Below, in pieces: positions 49,884 to 63,530 of a stretch of DNA of 64,000 nucleotides. The stretch is from assembly GCA_012295275.1 (NCBI GenBank), contig CM022671.1, positions 20,584,001 to 20,648,000 of the forward strand, in the 5' to 3' direction. Within the stretch, counting starts at the first letter, position 1. Every line of letters begins with the position of its first letter. Under the pieces are notes generated by a model. The model saw nothing but the letters and a program-made list of their open reading frames with translations. It did not search any database and was not told where the DNA came from. The stretch comes from Chrysomallon squamiferum (taxonomy: Eukaryota > Animalia > Mollusca). A program made the translations under genes and the position numbers.

Positions 49884-52800
49884 CTAGGAATGTTTTAATG
49901 TGATTTCTTTGTAATCGTCGTTACGTTTTACTTTAAATTTAAGTAACTTTGCATATCTTTTCAAAAGTTTTTCCCAGTAACAAGACACATCCTCCATCCT
50001 TAGGTGATCCCATATAAACTGTCTTCCCCTAGAATAGAAGTAAAATACAATAACAAACAGGTTCTTCATACATTTGGTATTAAACAATAAAGTAACTGAA
50101 CTAACACCTTTTAGAACATGACAAATATATAACATAATATTCATGAAACCACTGAAATATGTAATCAATTGTATTCTATATAGCCTATTTTGCACGTACT
50201 GTTCTAGTCTTTAACTTATGTTCATAAATTCTTAATAAAAATGAAATTGAAAAAATTACCAAATACAAAATTGAGTAGATACACTGTACTATTATTGTCT
50301 CAGATACAGTTTGTTTGCATCAGATTTTATGATCCCAGAAAGAAGAATTTCATATTTTTCTACACTAAATTCTGAATTATCATTAAAAACACATAAGTAC
50401 AAACCTTTTGGCTATTTCTCTGACTATATCATCATTTTCTTTAGCAAATATAATCAGTTCTCTAAAATAATTTAAAAAAATAAAAGTACATTCAGTTATA
50501 TTAATATGTCACTAAACAAAAGGAAAGTAATAAAAATAAAATTTTTGAGGGTTTTTTTTTCTTATTCTTTTTTTCTGTAAGAGTATTAATAATCTAATCT
50601 GAAACACTGAAATAAATATGGAACATGAAAAGTATCAGTTAAAAGATATATATTTTTTTAATTTCTAATAAATTGTTTAAATATTTCAAATATTGAACAA
50701 AAAATGTAAAGAATTTAAGAAAAGTTAATTAAAAGCCCCTCCAATTACTGTAGTTTAAAAGTTACAATATTTTATATTAAAAGTACAAATAATGTAAGGA
50801 GGTGAAGAAAAAGATGGATGGAAAGAAAAGAATAATTTATAAATCTGTAAAAGAAAAAAAATTCAAATTTACCGGACATCCGAGAGATCCTGTTTGACTG
50901 GGATATAGTGAACCCAGGGTTTCATGGCTGGATAGAAAAATTCTTGCCACTCATCACCAACATGAAATACCAAAGAATCACAGAGAAACAAATGTTTAAA
51001 CCGAAAACTTGCAGCCACACCTCGAAAATTAAACAAATATCTGAAACAACAGCAAGTAAGAATGTTTATTTTTCATAAATTTATTTTCAGACAGTTCTGT
51101 TGCATAAATTTAGGAAAATAAATACAAAGAAACCCCACCAAAATAACAAAACAACATACTGATAGCACTTAACACATTTTTGTTAATATTTCTTCTATTT
51201 TATTATTTGAATAATTTTAAAACATTTAAGGAAAAAGAACAATTGATATAGTGAAAACTAACTTGAACTTGCAGTGTTCTTCAAGTTTGATCTCTTTAGC
51301 TGGTGGACGATGAAGTGTATCCTGGAAAGATATCAACAAAATGAAAATTGTAATTAGATGTATCAGATTTAAATCCCCCAAAATTATATATTTCATCTGT
51401 GTAAGTGCATGTAAAGTTAAAATTTAAAATAAAAATTGAAGAAGACAATTGCTGATTAGAAATGGTAAAAATATTTTCTTTGCTATAATTTAATGTAATA
51501 GCTATATTAATGTTATTTAGTAATGATAATAATATATAGATAAGTTATTATATTACTAATGAAGATTTTATAATTATCTTAATGTCACTAAATAAATGGG
51601 ATATAATAAAAATTACATTTCTGAGGTGTTTTTTTTATTCTGTAAGAGTGTTAATAATCTAATCTGAATCAGTGAAACGAAAATAAACAAAATCTATCAG
51701 TACAAGACGTTCTAATCATTTTTTTTTTTAATTTGTAATAAATTGTTTAAATATTTCTAATATTGTACAAAAAATGTAAAGAATTTAAAAAAAGTTAATT
51801 CAAACCCTCCCACTACAGTTGTTTAAAAGTTACAATATTTTATATTAAAAGACAAATAATGTAAACTGAAGAAGAAAATTATACTCATTAGAAAACTGCT
51901 GATTAGAAATAATAAAAATATTTTCTTTACTATAATTTAAAGTAATAGCTATATTAATGTTATTTAGAAAATATAATTAAAAGGGAAACACACGTTTCTG
52001 TACTATAGAAATGTATATTAGTAATACAGAGGTTACAATAACTGCAGATCCTTCTAGACATTTATGTATTTTAGTAATGATGATAAACTTTGGTATTTAC
52101 ATAGTTTACATAGAAAACTTTCATACAGCATCAGATTTCCAGGCCTGGTTCTTGGTGTACTCTGCATCTGCTAATTCTGGCTCTTTTCTAGACAGAAGGA
52201 TTAATGGATCTCTTTCTGAACTTGTTCGAGAACCTCGGAAAAAAGCTTTGTCAATTTTCTTTTCCCATGGCCACTTATTTGCTTCCCTGAAAATAACAAA
52301 TAAAACTTATTCTTATATTACAGATAGCATTTCATTTGCATTGTAGTTTCATGTAATATCCTATAAGCCCAATTATAAGGAATATTTAGCAGCTAACATT
52401 CTTGGAACTCAAAAATTTGAACTGACAAATTCTTCAAGAAAACAGAAGGTAAGCCTGTTTATAAGGGGGTCAGACATGCAAGGGATCCTGAATGGCAATG
52501 AATATCCCAGCTTTGGTTACAAGTATTATCTTTGTGAAATTAACAAAGAAACTGGTTCCAAAAAATGTAACTTCAAAGATAAATTAAATTTTCTATGACA
52601 AAATATTATTTTTATTTTACAATAATGTCATTGTGACATATATTTAAAAAAACAACAACAATACCCCCCACAAAAAAAACCACATGTAACTTGAATACAA
52701 AAACAAAATGTTTTAAATTTACTGGTATTGTAACTTTTCTGAACTAAATGTCTGGACATAAATCTTACCTTATGTTTGAATGTATCATAAAAATATTTGC

Positions 52801-54880
52801 ACTTAACTTTTAACATTTTATCTTTCTTAAAAGCGTTTATATATACATACATGTGAGGCTGTCATGTATTTTGAGACAACTGTATTTTTTTTTTTTTTTT
52901 TTTTTTTTGCATTCATCCAGCAATCAAGTTAACAGCACTTTTGCATTGTTATTATTATTATTTTTTTTTTTCACACTGCATATTACCTTGGAATAATTTC
53001 TCTCTGTTGATCCCATCTACCTAGTCCAGTTGGATAAATAGGCCAAACAGCAGGTCCACCTTCCCAGAATGTCCAAGCTGGGTACATTATGTCCCAGTTT
53101 TGAGAAAACTGAAGTAGAATTTAAACAAAAAGTCAAATTTATTATGTTTTGAGATTCAAAATAACATGCTTTGTGTCTGAAAAAGCCACTAACCATCATC
53201 ATCATCATTATTATTTTATTTTAAACTTATAGATATTGTTGGTTTCAATGTTATTCATTAACACCTTTTTACTAGATAAAATGAATGACAGATTAGAAAA
53301 AGAGATTAAATGAAATATATCTAATTTATGAGTAGAAGAATCTACATTTATACAAACACATACCTACACATGCACAAACATTCACATACAGATATTATTC
53401 ACTCATACTATTTAAAAACATAGCTACTTGGATTTGACAAAAGAAAAAATAAATGTTTGTTTTTCTAATACTTTGAAGTGGCAAAATGATAATATAGTCT
53501 AAAATTCCATTCACAAGATAAAGATAAATTTTAGAGAAAATACAACTAACCACTTTACTAAATGAGAAGATGGGTAAAGGTCTTGAATGTTTTGGAGACT
53601 GTGGCCAGTCATGTGTGTTGATGAGCAAATCCATATTAGGCAACTTCTCTATAATCTCCAAAACAAAATGTTCCACTCCACTACACCTGTAAATAAATAA
53701 TAAAGGAAAAATGTTTGTTTAATTGTTAACTTATATGTAACTGAACTGTATTACTGAATTAATAACTATAATTCATATAGTATTGTTTTAAATTTATTGC
53801 TATCACAGTTTAAACTATTTTGCTGAATTAGGATAAGATGTCTCAAAAGGTTACCTAAATGGGAAAATGCATGCATCCTGTCTGTAAAGTTTATGATTAA
53901 TTATTTGATAATGGACCCCACGCTGTTTAGCCATATCAAACTTTTCTTTTGTAATGCCTTTCTCAGTAAATTCCCAAATCTTTAGATCTTCATCAATAAC
54001 ACTGAAATAAATGAAAAGTCAAATTCATATTATGTTAATTTATAAAAAAATAAAAAAATAATGAAACAAAAATAATATATATTTTTTTAAATCATGAAAG
54101 TCAAATAAAATAAAATAATTAAAAATTTTTTTTACTAAAAATATACATTACTTAATGGTTATAGTTGTGGAAAATAACATAATTAAATAATGTACATGTG
54201 TGTGTATAATTATTATGTATGTATGTAGGTGGATGTAACATTTATTAAAATAAAAGATCATAGCACAGAGATAAATAATCTGAAATAAATAAATAAATAA
54301 ATGAGTTTAAATTTAAAATATTATTTGTAACATTATAAAAGTTAAATATTTAATCCAATACCTGCTGTGGCATGAACAGTCATCTTGCTGGCAGTCAGTG
54401 TACTCATTCAGTGATTTATTAATGAGATCAATGTAATTCTGCCATTTATTTTGACTTGCTAAAAGAAAATGAAATGTAACATGTTGATAATTCGGTTTAA
54501 TTATTTCTTACAGTTTACACAATTACGACAATGACACTGACACCTGAAAGTGATTTGTAAAGGTCTGAATTGGAATCGTGGATATAGTTAATCAATAAAA
54601 TGATTAACTATTAATAACACTTAACAGTATTAACTATTATAATTTATATATCACTATCTCTTATCTGTATTATTATTAATCATAATAATGTTTAATCTCT
54701 TTAAATTAAAGATATTCATACTCAGATACTGCACTTACATTTTTTATATTTGGTTTGCTTCTCGTTCTTTTCTTCTGTATGTTCACAAAGTCCATTTTCA
54801 CCTTTAACGCAGAATTCTTTATCGGAAATGATAAAAGTAATATTAATTAAAAGTATATATAAAAAACAAGCAACTTTCAT
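49884..54880 (-). CDS. POGLUT1: Protein O-glucosyltransferase 1 (Rumi; CAP10/GT90 family), 410 aa
   Basis: Ten in-phase GT-AG exons: 54880-54739, 54458-54362, 54001-53855, 53686-53551, 53108-52987, 52286-52127, 51321-51263, 51040-50873, 50461-50405, 50028-49884. Hallmark motifs [84 protein letters not shown]. Confidence 0.96.
50505..51968. repeat. Intronic direct repeats in POGLUT1 (A 50505-50797, A' 51580-51864; B 51436-51520, B' 51867-51968)
   Basis: A and A' share TCTGTAAGAGT.TTAATAATCTAATCTGAA, AATAAATTGTTTAAATATTTC.AATATTG.ACAAAAAATGTAAAGAATTTAA and GTTTAAAAGTTACAATATTTTATATTAAAAG. B and B' share TGCTGATTAGAAAT..CTATAATTTAA.GTAATAGCTATATTAATGTTATTTAG. Confidence 0.85.
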
Positions 54881-55313
54881 TTTATTAAGTTGACTGATAA
54901 TATGTTTTTTCTATAATAATAACACTAAATCGTAACAAATGCAAAACTATCAGTGACTGTATAAAACTAAGTGAATTTCTTTATTTAAAGAGTTCCCATA
55001 TTCGATACAGTTGTCTCCCATAGACTGATCGGTTTGTTTCGAATTTATTATTTTCATCATCATCATCATCATCATTATCATTTTTCTGCTTTAATTTAAT
55101 CATGTAATCAGAACTGTTCTGTGTTATGTTAAATAAATATATATATATTTAACAAATTAAATGCTTAGACCTAAATCTTGTAATGGGTTCGAATGTACCA
55201 TTACAAATACAAATGACCTGTCGGTTTTGGTACACTTTAATTTATTTATCTTAAAGCAGTTTTATTTCTTTTATCATATTTCATTTTATCAGATATTTAA
55301 TTTGTATACTAGC

Positions 55314-55837
55314 ATGGGTGAGTTTATGGTTTAGATTTATATTATTTTACTTCTTTATGCACACGTTAATTTTTATATTGTAGAAACCGTTAAAAACGTT
55401 TAATCCACTAATTTATAAATATTTAAGAAGACCTTTATCTAGGAATATATGGAAATGCTGGATTCATATTTGTATAAAATATCGGATGAAGCTATGGATA
55501 TATTCTATACTGAATAGTTTGTTTGGGATTAGTTTCAATATTTAAAAAATTAAGCATTTTAGTTTTTATGTAATATTTCACAATTTTGATAAAAAAAAAA
55601 AAAAAAAAAAAAAAAACAAAAAAAAATCAAAGCCTGAGGCGAGATAAGTCCTTCTGGGTACATTCTCCTGCGCCAGCCAGTTTGATACGACTAGTTTATC
55701 AAAGATCATGGTATGTTTTTCTTTATATGGAAAATTCATCCCTTACTGGTGTTTAAACATCTCTATCGTGTAAAAAATATTTAAACTTGGAAACAAAACT
55801 ATTCTCGGTTAAGCCTACATACGTACATATATATATA

Positions 55838-55922
<85 letters not shown>

Positions 55923-56521
55923 GTTACACAAACATGTTATATTTCATTCAAATACAGGATGATAATAATTTCGCAAAAATCATTTGTACGTAGAAGTCCG
56001 AAGGCAGACGATTTCATCTTCCGACGTATATTTAGAGAAGTTCCATCCACTTAATTTTCAGCGAGTTAAAAAAAAATCAATAACCGGTCCCTCAGTGAAA
56101 AGTATTGTTTACATTCTTCTAAATTAATACCCGAAAACGGCGTCCTTGTCAGCAGATTGTTTTGTATTTACTTGTTTATTGCTTAGCATGTATGTTTCTT
56201 TGAATCTAAAACACTTATCTATAACTTGATAATGAAAGTATACAAGAAGCGAAACAAAGGCAGCTTTTATTGCAGTGTTTTGAAACAAGTTTATTCATGT
56301 TTTGGATAATGACACATGAAACACAAACAAGTATAGGTAAGTATTTGTTGTAGCCATTTTTTAAGTCGTATATTACCAGACAGTTATTTCTATTATTTCT
56401 AAAGTATTCTTACCACTAATTAATGAACGAGTACTGCAATGATTCAAAGCTTGATAAATTTTTTTAACGCGAAGCCAACAGAAAGATAATGCTGCGTTAG
56501 GTCAGGTATATCGATATTACG

Positions 56522-56565
<44 letters not shown>

Positions 56566-57332
56566 TAAGCACTAGTTGAATATCGATCTGTTTAGACGCA
56601 ATACTCACAGTATCAAATATCGTCTTTGGGTTCTTTCCAAATCCAACCACTACAGAATTATCAGACACTGGTTTCTAATATTTTTGTCTGTGTATGAGTG
56701 TGTATGTTCTGTTTGTGTATGTGTGAACATGTACGTCTGTATAGCCAATACATACCTGTATGTATATGTGTGTATATCTGTGTTTTTAAGCATGAATGAA
56801 TGTATGTATAGATATATGTATGTATGTATGTGTGTATGCATGTATGTATGTGTGTGTATGTTTGTATGTATGTATGTACGTATGTATATATGTATTTATT
56901 TTTGCATGTTTGTATATATGTACGTTCTATGTACGTGCGTATGGCTGTATGAATGCACATTTAAAAGCGAGTGTGTCTTCTGTGTGTGTGTGTGTGTGTA
57001 TAATGTTGATAAATGTTATAATGATCGTTTTTTATCAATAGGAATTCGTAAAGACGATCAGTATGTTCGAGAGAATTTAGGAGATTGTTTGACGTCTGCT
57101 TTAGTAGAAATTATTGAGAAGAAACCCGCCGATCCAGTGGAATATCTCACAGAATATCTTTATAACTATAGGGTAAAATATATTTTGTTTGTATTTATAT
57201 ATTTAACAACAACAACAACAACAACAACAAAATAATAACCATAACAACAAAAGTATTAATAATAATAATAGTCGTAGCGATAATGATAATTTCTTTGGCA
57301 CTGAAAATAAAAAAGAAATAAAACAAAAAGAA

Positions 57333-57429
<97 letters not shown>

Positions 57430-57751
57430 AAAAGTATGCTGTTTATTTTTTTTTTAAACTAAAGAGGAGTATACATATTTTCGGTAGGTGTGCTTTTCAG
57501 TCGTTTTTAACTTGCTAAGTAAAACATGCTTTTCTCTTACTTTTATTTCTTCAAAGAAAAACAATCCTCTGAAAGTAGAAACAGTCACCACTGTCACGAC
57601 ATCTGATTCAGGCAAAGACGTCGTCAAACAACAACAAGACAGCGTCTCAGAAATAGACTTGCAATGTGGACATTTGGAATTTGTACACCAAGAATTGAAA
57701 TCTATTTTGAAAGAATTAGATGACTTTTTTGATGAAGATGATATGACATAA
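55314..57751 (+). CDS. DPY30-domain-containing (DYDC-like) protein, ~109 aa
   Basis: Exons 55314-55317 (ATGG|gtgagt), 57042-57172, 57557-57751 are phase-consistent: MGIRKDDQYVRENLGDCLTSALVEIIEKKPADPVEYLTEYLYNYR/KNNPLK..ELKSILKELDDFFDEDDMT*. The LG.CLT..L.E....P.DP.EYL..YLY pattern is the Dpy-30/DYDC dimerisation motif. The first exon is less certain. Confidence 0.78.
55842..55919. repeat. (CT)n microsatellite
   Basis: Uninterrupted CT run. Confidence 0.95.
56690..57000. repeat. Low-complexity (TATG/TG)n tract
   Basis: Degenerate alternating purine-pyrimidine tract; source of the CVYM-rich spurious ORFs. Confidence 0.85.
57330..57427. repeat. (GA)n microsatellite
   Basis: AG run in an intron of the DYDC-like gene. 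Confidence 0.95.
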
Positions 57752-59311
57752 CAAGAACAAATATAATAAGTAAATAAATGAAAAAAAAAAATATATATAT
57801 AACACAACATGAAATGAAATAAAAAAAAAAAATAAATAAATTAATTAAAATAAAATAAAATAAATTAAATGTCTTTGCTAGATGGGAAGATAAGATTACA
57901 GTTTAAAAATATTAAAAAGAGAAAAATAAAAATCATTTCTTAACTGCTTAAAGAAACTGCTGCATTTGTTTGTTGTTTGTGATTTTATTAGCTTTTTTTA
58001 AATAGATGTCACACATAGTTGCTATTTGTGTAGATCTGTATTTTGTAGTGTTAAAATATTCAGAAAATGTTATGACTGTTTAGAGTATGTTTAACGTATT
58101 TATTATTATTATTATTATTTTTATTATTATTATTCCTTTGAAACATTAAAATGAAATGTAAAGAACGAAAAAAACTAAAACTATTTGAACAAATTAACAA
58201 CAAAAACAACAACATAAACCAAATGAAACGAAAAACCAAACGAAAACAAAGGAATAAACAACACTAAATGAATCAGCAGAAACATAAGAACACAAATTGA
58301 CATTACATTTAGCACCTTGCCAGTGACTGTGGAAATTATTTTGAAACACGTTTTCTAATTAGCATTGGTGTTATTTTCAAGATACCATTCTGGACACGTT
58401 TTCGCTGACACACCTCGACGTAAATGTGACGTAGAGAAACGAAATTAAGATCGGGAAGTGTCGTGAAGGTCCGTGATAACATTAACCATTACAACGCAGA
58501 CGTGATTTTGTTACAAGATCCCTAAATTGTACATCCTCACAATATCCTGCGATGGAGTATTATTCATTAAAAAATGCTATTCTCAGAATAAACCGATTTA
58601 AAAATTGAAAGTTAGCAAAAATTGATATTTGATACGTGTAAAAACAAACAAACAAGTAAATAATACTATGATTATTATATTATTTATTTACTTAAATGTT
58701 TTTTGTTTTTTTATACGGGGCGTATAAAAAGACCAAGTAAAGAGAATGGAAAAAAAAAAAAAAAAAAAATTGTGTGTATCTGTGTGTGTGTGTGTGTGAG
58801 TCAGTTTGTAACAAACAGCTTTCAGTCAGGTCTGCAATTGTGAAACGATATCATAATGTTGTTTTATTATCATACATTGATATGTACAATATTATTATTA
58901 TTATTATTATTATTTTGTTACCACCACCGCAGATACGCTGTTTGGCAAGCCATATCATTTTGACAAAATCCTCACTGAATCTATCATGTCATTGTAACTG
59001 TCCTGTTTTATTTCTGCTCCAACGTAAACTAAAAACAGTACACCTCCTAATGATAAATATTTACCTTTCTTGAATATAGCTACACCACTCACTAACACAC
59101 ATACCCACACACGCCAGCGGGACGGTGTGAAATATGGGAACAAGTTGCTAATGTGTGTATTCTTACATGTAAATTAAAATGTCAGAATCGTGCTGGATTC
59201 TTAGCCATACTGCCATCTTGTTCTTATTTCATTTATTTTATAGTTTCTCCTGTTGTTTCGATTTCAACATAAAAAATTGCGAGTTGGTATTTATTTATTT
59301 ATTTATTATCA

Positions 59312-59350
<39 letters not shown>

Positions 59351-59969
59351 TTACCTTTATGGTGTATGATGGAAGATAATATTAATAGACTTGTTGACAT
59401 AAATATTATAGAGGATAGTGGCAGATGTAAATGGTTATAACTCGCTAAAAACTGTTAACACAAACAATAGTGTGAATGTCAACGGTAACCTTTACAACTT
59501 AAACATTTGTAAAAATGAACTCGAAGAAACGAGATACCCACCAAAAAGCCCCAAAAGAAACAACAACCACGATAATAACAACATGGTATAAACAGTAAAT
59601 TATTACCCTGACAACAAATGTAGAATCATCATATTACCTAAACTGGGATTACATATATATATATATATATATAAACAAAAAATTAAAATAAAAAAAAAAA
59701 AAAAATGAAAGAAATATATCAAAATAATTATTCAGCCACTCTCCCTTTAAAAATAATTATACTTTGAAAACTGCAAGCACTTACATGTATCAGTACAGTT
59801 AAACAGTTCTGAATGATCTACCCACTAAACATTTTAATCACGTTTTCATGTTTGAAAAGACCTGTTTACTAACTGAACAGTTTCAGCTCAAACGACACTC
59901 TTTTCAACAGGCGAAAGAGATGAAACCGACGAGCTGGGATGGGTTTTACGTTTGCATCTCGTTAATTAG

Positions 59970-60070
59970 ATGACGCCAACGTCTCACGTCACGTAGGTAG
60001 AAGCCGGTCCTCACGTCACAAAAGGCGCAAAACTACCGCAGACTCGCATCACACCCAAAACGATATAAGG
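59970..60070 (+). promoter_or_regulatory. Promoter of the chitin-binding gene: clustered CRE/ATF-like sites and a TATA-like box
   Basis: TGACGCCA (59971), TCACGTCA (~59984 and 60011), TATAAG (~60064), all within ~180 bp of the ATG. Confidence 0.5.
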
Positions 60071-60146
60071 ACTGAGGTTAAAACAAGCTGACAAGACGTC
60101 AGTTTACTAAAAATTCAGTTACATCGTTGTTAAAACGACGCTGACA

Positions 60147-60667
60147 ATGTCGTCGCACGCGGCGGTGCTGTTGATGGGAATGGTGGTCGTTTGTAGCGGC
60201 CAAATTAATTTCAGTCCCTCACCGGAGGACTGCGCTAAATATAAGATTAGCGTGAGGGCTTTTGCCGTGCCCTATGAATTTTCCTTGAAGTGTCCCGAAG
60301 GTTTGGTGTTCTCGCTACGACGTCGACGATGTGTTCCTAAGCAGAGCGAAGACAACGACCAGTGTCCTACGTGTAAGTACAGTACATAATCCATATTCTC
60401 TTTAAGGTTCGGATCCAGGAATTTTAAAAGCCAGAGGTTCGTCATTAAAAAAGACGACGACTCTGATAATGTGTGAGTGTGCGTTTGTGCATGTGTTGTG
60501 ATGATTATAATGGGGAGGGTACTAATGTATATAACTGAAATGGATAATAACTGTTTAAAATCCTCGTAATATATTGTTTAACAGATAAAGGTAGACATAA
60601 TATTCATTAATTAATTTAAAAAATACATCTGCTGCCTTTTTCTTTAGAAGAAGAAAGAAAACGAATG

Positions 60668-60719
<52 letters not shown>

Positions 60720-63437
60720 TAGGGGAAAAAATAACAATATAAAACAAAACACGAACCAATCTCACGCACGCACATGCATACGACCCCCAAAAATAACCAA
60801 ACAAAAACAAAACAAACAGTATACAACCAAAACAAAAACAGAAACAAAAAACCACTCAACACCCTCTTCAGCGTATAATAATAAAAAATAATAAAAAAAA
60901 ATAATAATAACAATAAATAAATAAATAAATACATAAATATATAAATAAGTAAAACATTTAAACAAAAATAAAAACTGAATAAAAACAAACTGAAAAAAAG
61001 TCAAATCAGCGAACTAAGTTAAATTTAAATATATCACATTCATCTGTTAAATTAATTAAAGCATTATTTATTTGTCTTAGGAATCTGTTAAAAAAGAAAA
61101 CTGATATTACAGTATACTACTACTACTACTAATAATAATAATAACAATAATAATATGAAAAATTTACGAGATTTTTATTCAGGTGATTAATGACCGATGC
61201 TTAGAAAAACAAAATGCTTTGAAATAAAGAAATAACTTAAATTTTGGGGAATTCAAACTTAGCTATTGCTTCAAATAAACAAACACCAGTGATCGACATC
61301 AAAAAAACATCTGTTTCAGAAAAGCGATAGAGGAAACAGAAAACATGTGTACGCTAATATTTCAGGTATATACTATAAACTTTGAGGAGTTGTACATTCA
61401 TAATTTGTTAGTTTTAAATAGCTCATTCCATTATTTCGTTATTAATTCTCAAAAAGTTGTATCGAATTTTGACCTATACCCAGACTCATAATCCAGCAAT
61501 ATATTTATCTATTTATCTGACTCTTTCTTTCTTTCTTTCTGATTGTCTATCTACATTTAACAAGGGTAAAAATTAATATATCATTATTTATAAGTAATGT
61601 GACAACTCTGGGATAATTTTTCCTAAAATATATTTATGTTTTGAGTTTACGACCTATGTTCCTTCTTTATGAAAAGAATATGTGACTAATAATAATGCGT
61701 GTTGCTGTTGTGTTCTGGACGCGTTGCAGTTTGTTGAGCAAGGTGTAAGGCAAACCGTGTAGTAGTCCACTGCAATAGTCCAGTCGCGATGTCACAAGTC
61801 CATTCGCCAGTGTTTTTGTGGTTTCACTGGTCAGATACCGCTCGATTTCGACCTATCTTACGTAGCTGTGAATAACTTGATGCTCCACAAACATTGTAGA
61901 ATCAAACATAATACCAAGATTTCTCATACACGGCACCGAAGTTATGGGGGCATCATCCACAGTAACTAATATGGTGTCAACATCCTTTGAGTTATGCTCA
62001 GAAGGGAAAATCATCACTTCGTTCTCGTCAGCGTTCAGTTTCAGCATGTTGCAGTGCATCCCGTTTCGGAAAGTCTGGATTAGTTCCTGGTTCTAATATT
62101 CGAAACTGTTTGCATACACTGAACAAACCAAACCAATCTTTTCTATTCCGGTCAGGCAACATGTCAAAACCCGATGTATAGAAACTTGAAACAGAATAAA
62201 GATTCTTTGTAGTGAAGAAAAATAAACAAGTGTATTTTAATTAATCTGACTTGAAGTTTGAAGAAAAAGGATGTTTTAAAACAGATTAAGGTACACTGAT
62301 TGAAATTCCAGTCACGTGCACACTGTAAAGGAGAAGTTTGAAAACGTTAAGTGTTGTGTCATCACTGTGTAAACAACTGTTTTTGTTACAGCAACATCAT
62401 TAATAGAAAGAGTTCAGGTTAAAGCAAATTTGTTATGATCAGAACTGAGTAAATGAAAAGCACTTGAGAAACCTTGTTTTGAAAGAGAACACATACACGC
62501 ATATTCGTTCTCTCTGAACCCACAGAAACGCGCATATCTATGTACATAATCATACATAATCATAAAGATTTTCTTACACAACAACACGTAAATAAGTAAG
62601 TAAGTAAGTAAATATATAAATAATATGAACATTAATAAAATTTTCAATTTATAAATTTAACACAATGATGAAAGCTCTCATAAATGACATCAACAAAAAC
62701 AAAATAAATACCATAATGATGATGGTGAATTATATAAATAAAATAAAATTTGTTTCACATTTATCTATGTACAAAATAAAGGCAGACACACACGAAAAAT
62801 TGGTTGTTACATTAAAATAAATTCGAACTATCCAGGATAGAATCAAATAAAATGTTAAACTTCTCTAACTTGTTTTTCCTCAGTAATTTTCATTGTCTTT
62901 GTTATCTGCTTTCAGTTCGTAATCGCAATGACGTTTTCGAAATGTGCCGGAAATGTCCGAATCATGATTGCCTCTATCCCGATCCAAAAAACTGCGCGCG
63001 CTATTACAACTGCTCAAAGCCTCTTCCGGGACCGTATAACGAACTGTGGGACAACATGGAACCGTATCAACAAGAATGCGAATATCCAGGCTACTTTGAT
63101 AGGACGCGTCTGAGATGCGAAAAGGATTTCACCAAAGTCCAGTGTGCAAGCAAGCAGGAACAACCAATAGATTACTGTGAGTTTTTGTATCAGAAACACA
63201 TTTTATTTTTTCACTCTCCCCCTTTCAGAGTTAAAAAATAATATGTATATATATATAATGATTTAAAAAAAACACACAAAAAAAACCAACAAATTAATAT
63301 TAAGTGTTTTAAAAGTAATTCAGCCCGTGCATACTGCAGGGCTGTTTAATTGATTCCTGTTATCTTTATTTATTTTATATTTGTAAATGGTTTCATAAAG
63401 CTGTCATGGTATTATAGTCTCTTCTTTCCTCCTTCCT

Positions 63438-63530
<93 letters not shown>

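Noticed and set aside
56576-57041. Cys/Val/Tyr/Met-rich ORFs
   Set aside because: Translations of the (TATG/TG)n tract; only 57042-57172 is coding.
60555-61004. Phe-rich - strand ORFs
   Set aside because: Poly-A/low-complexity intron sequence.
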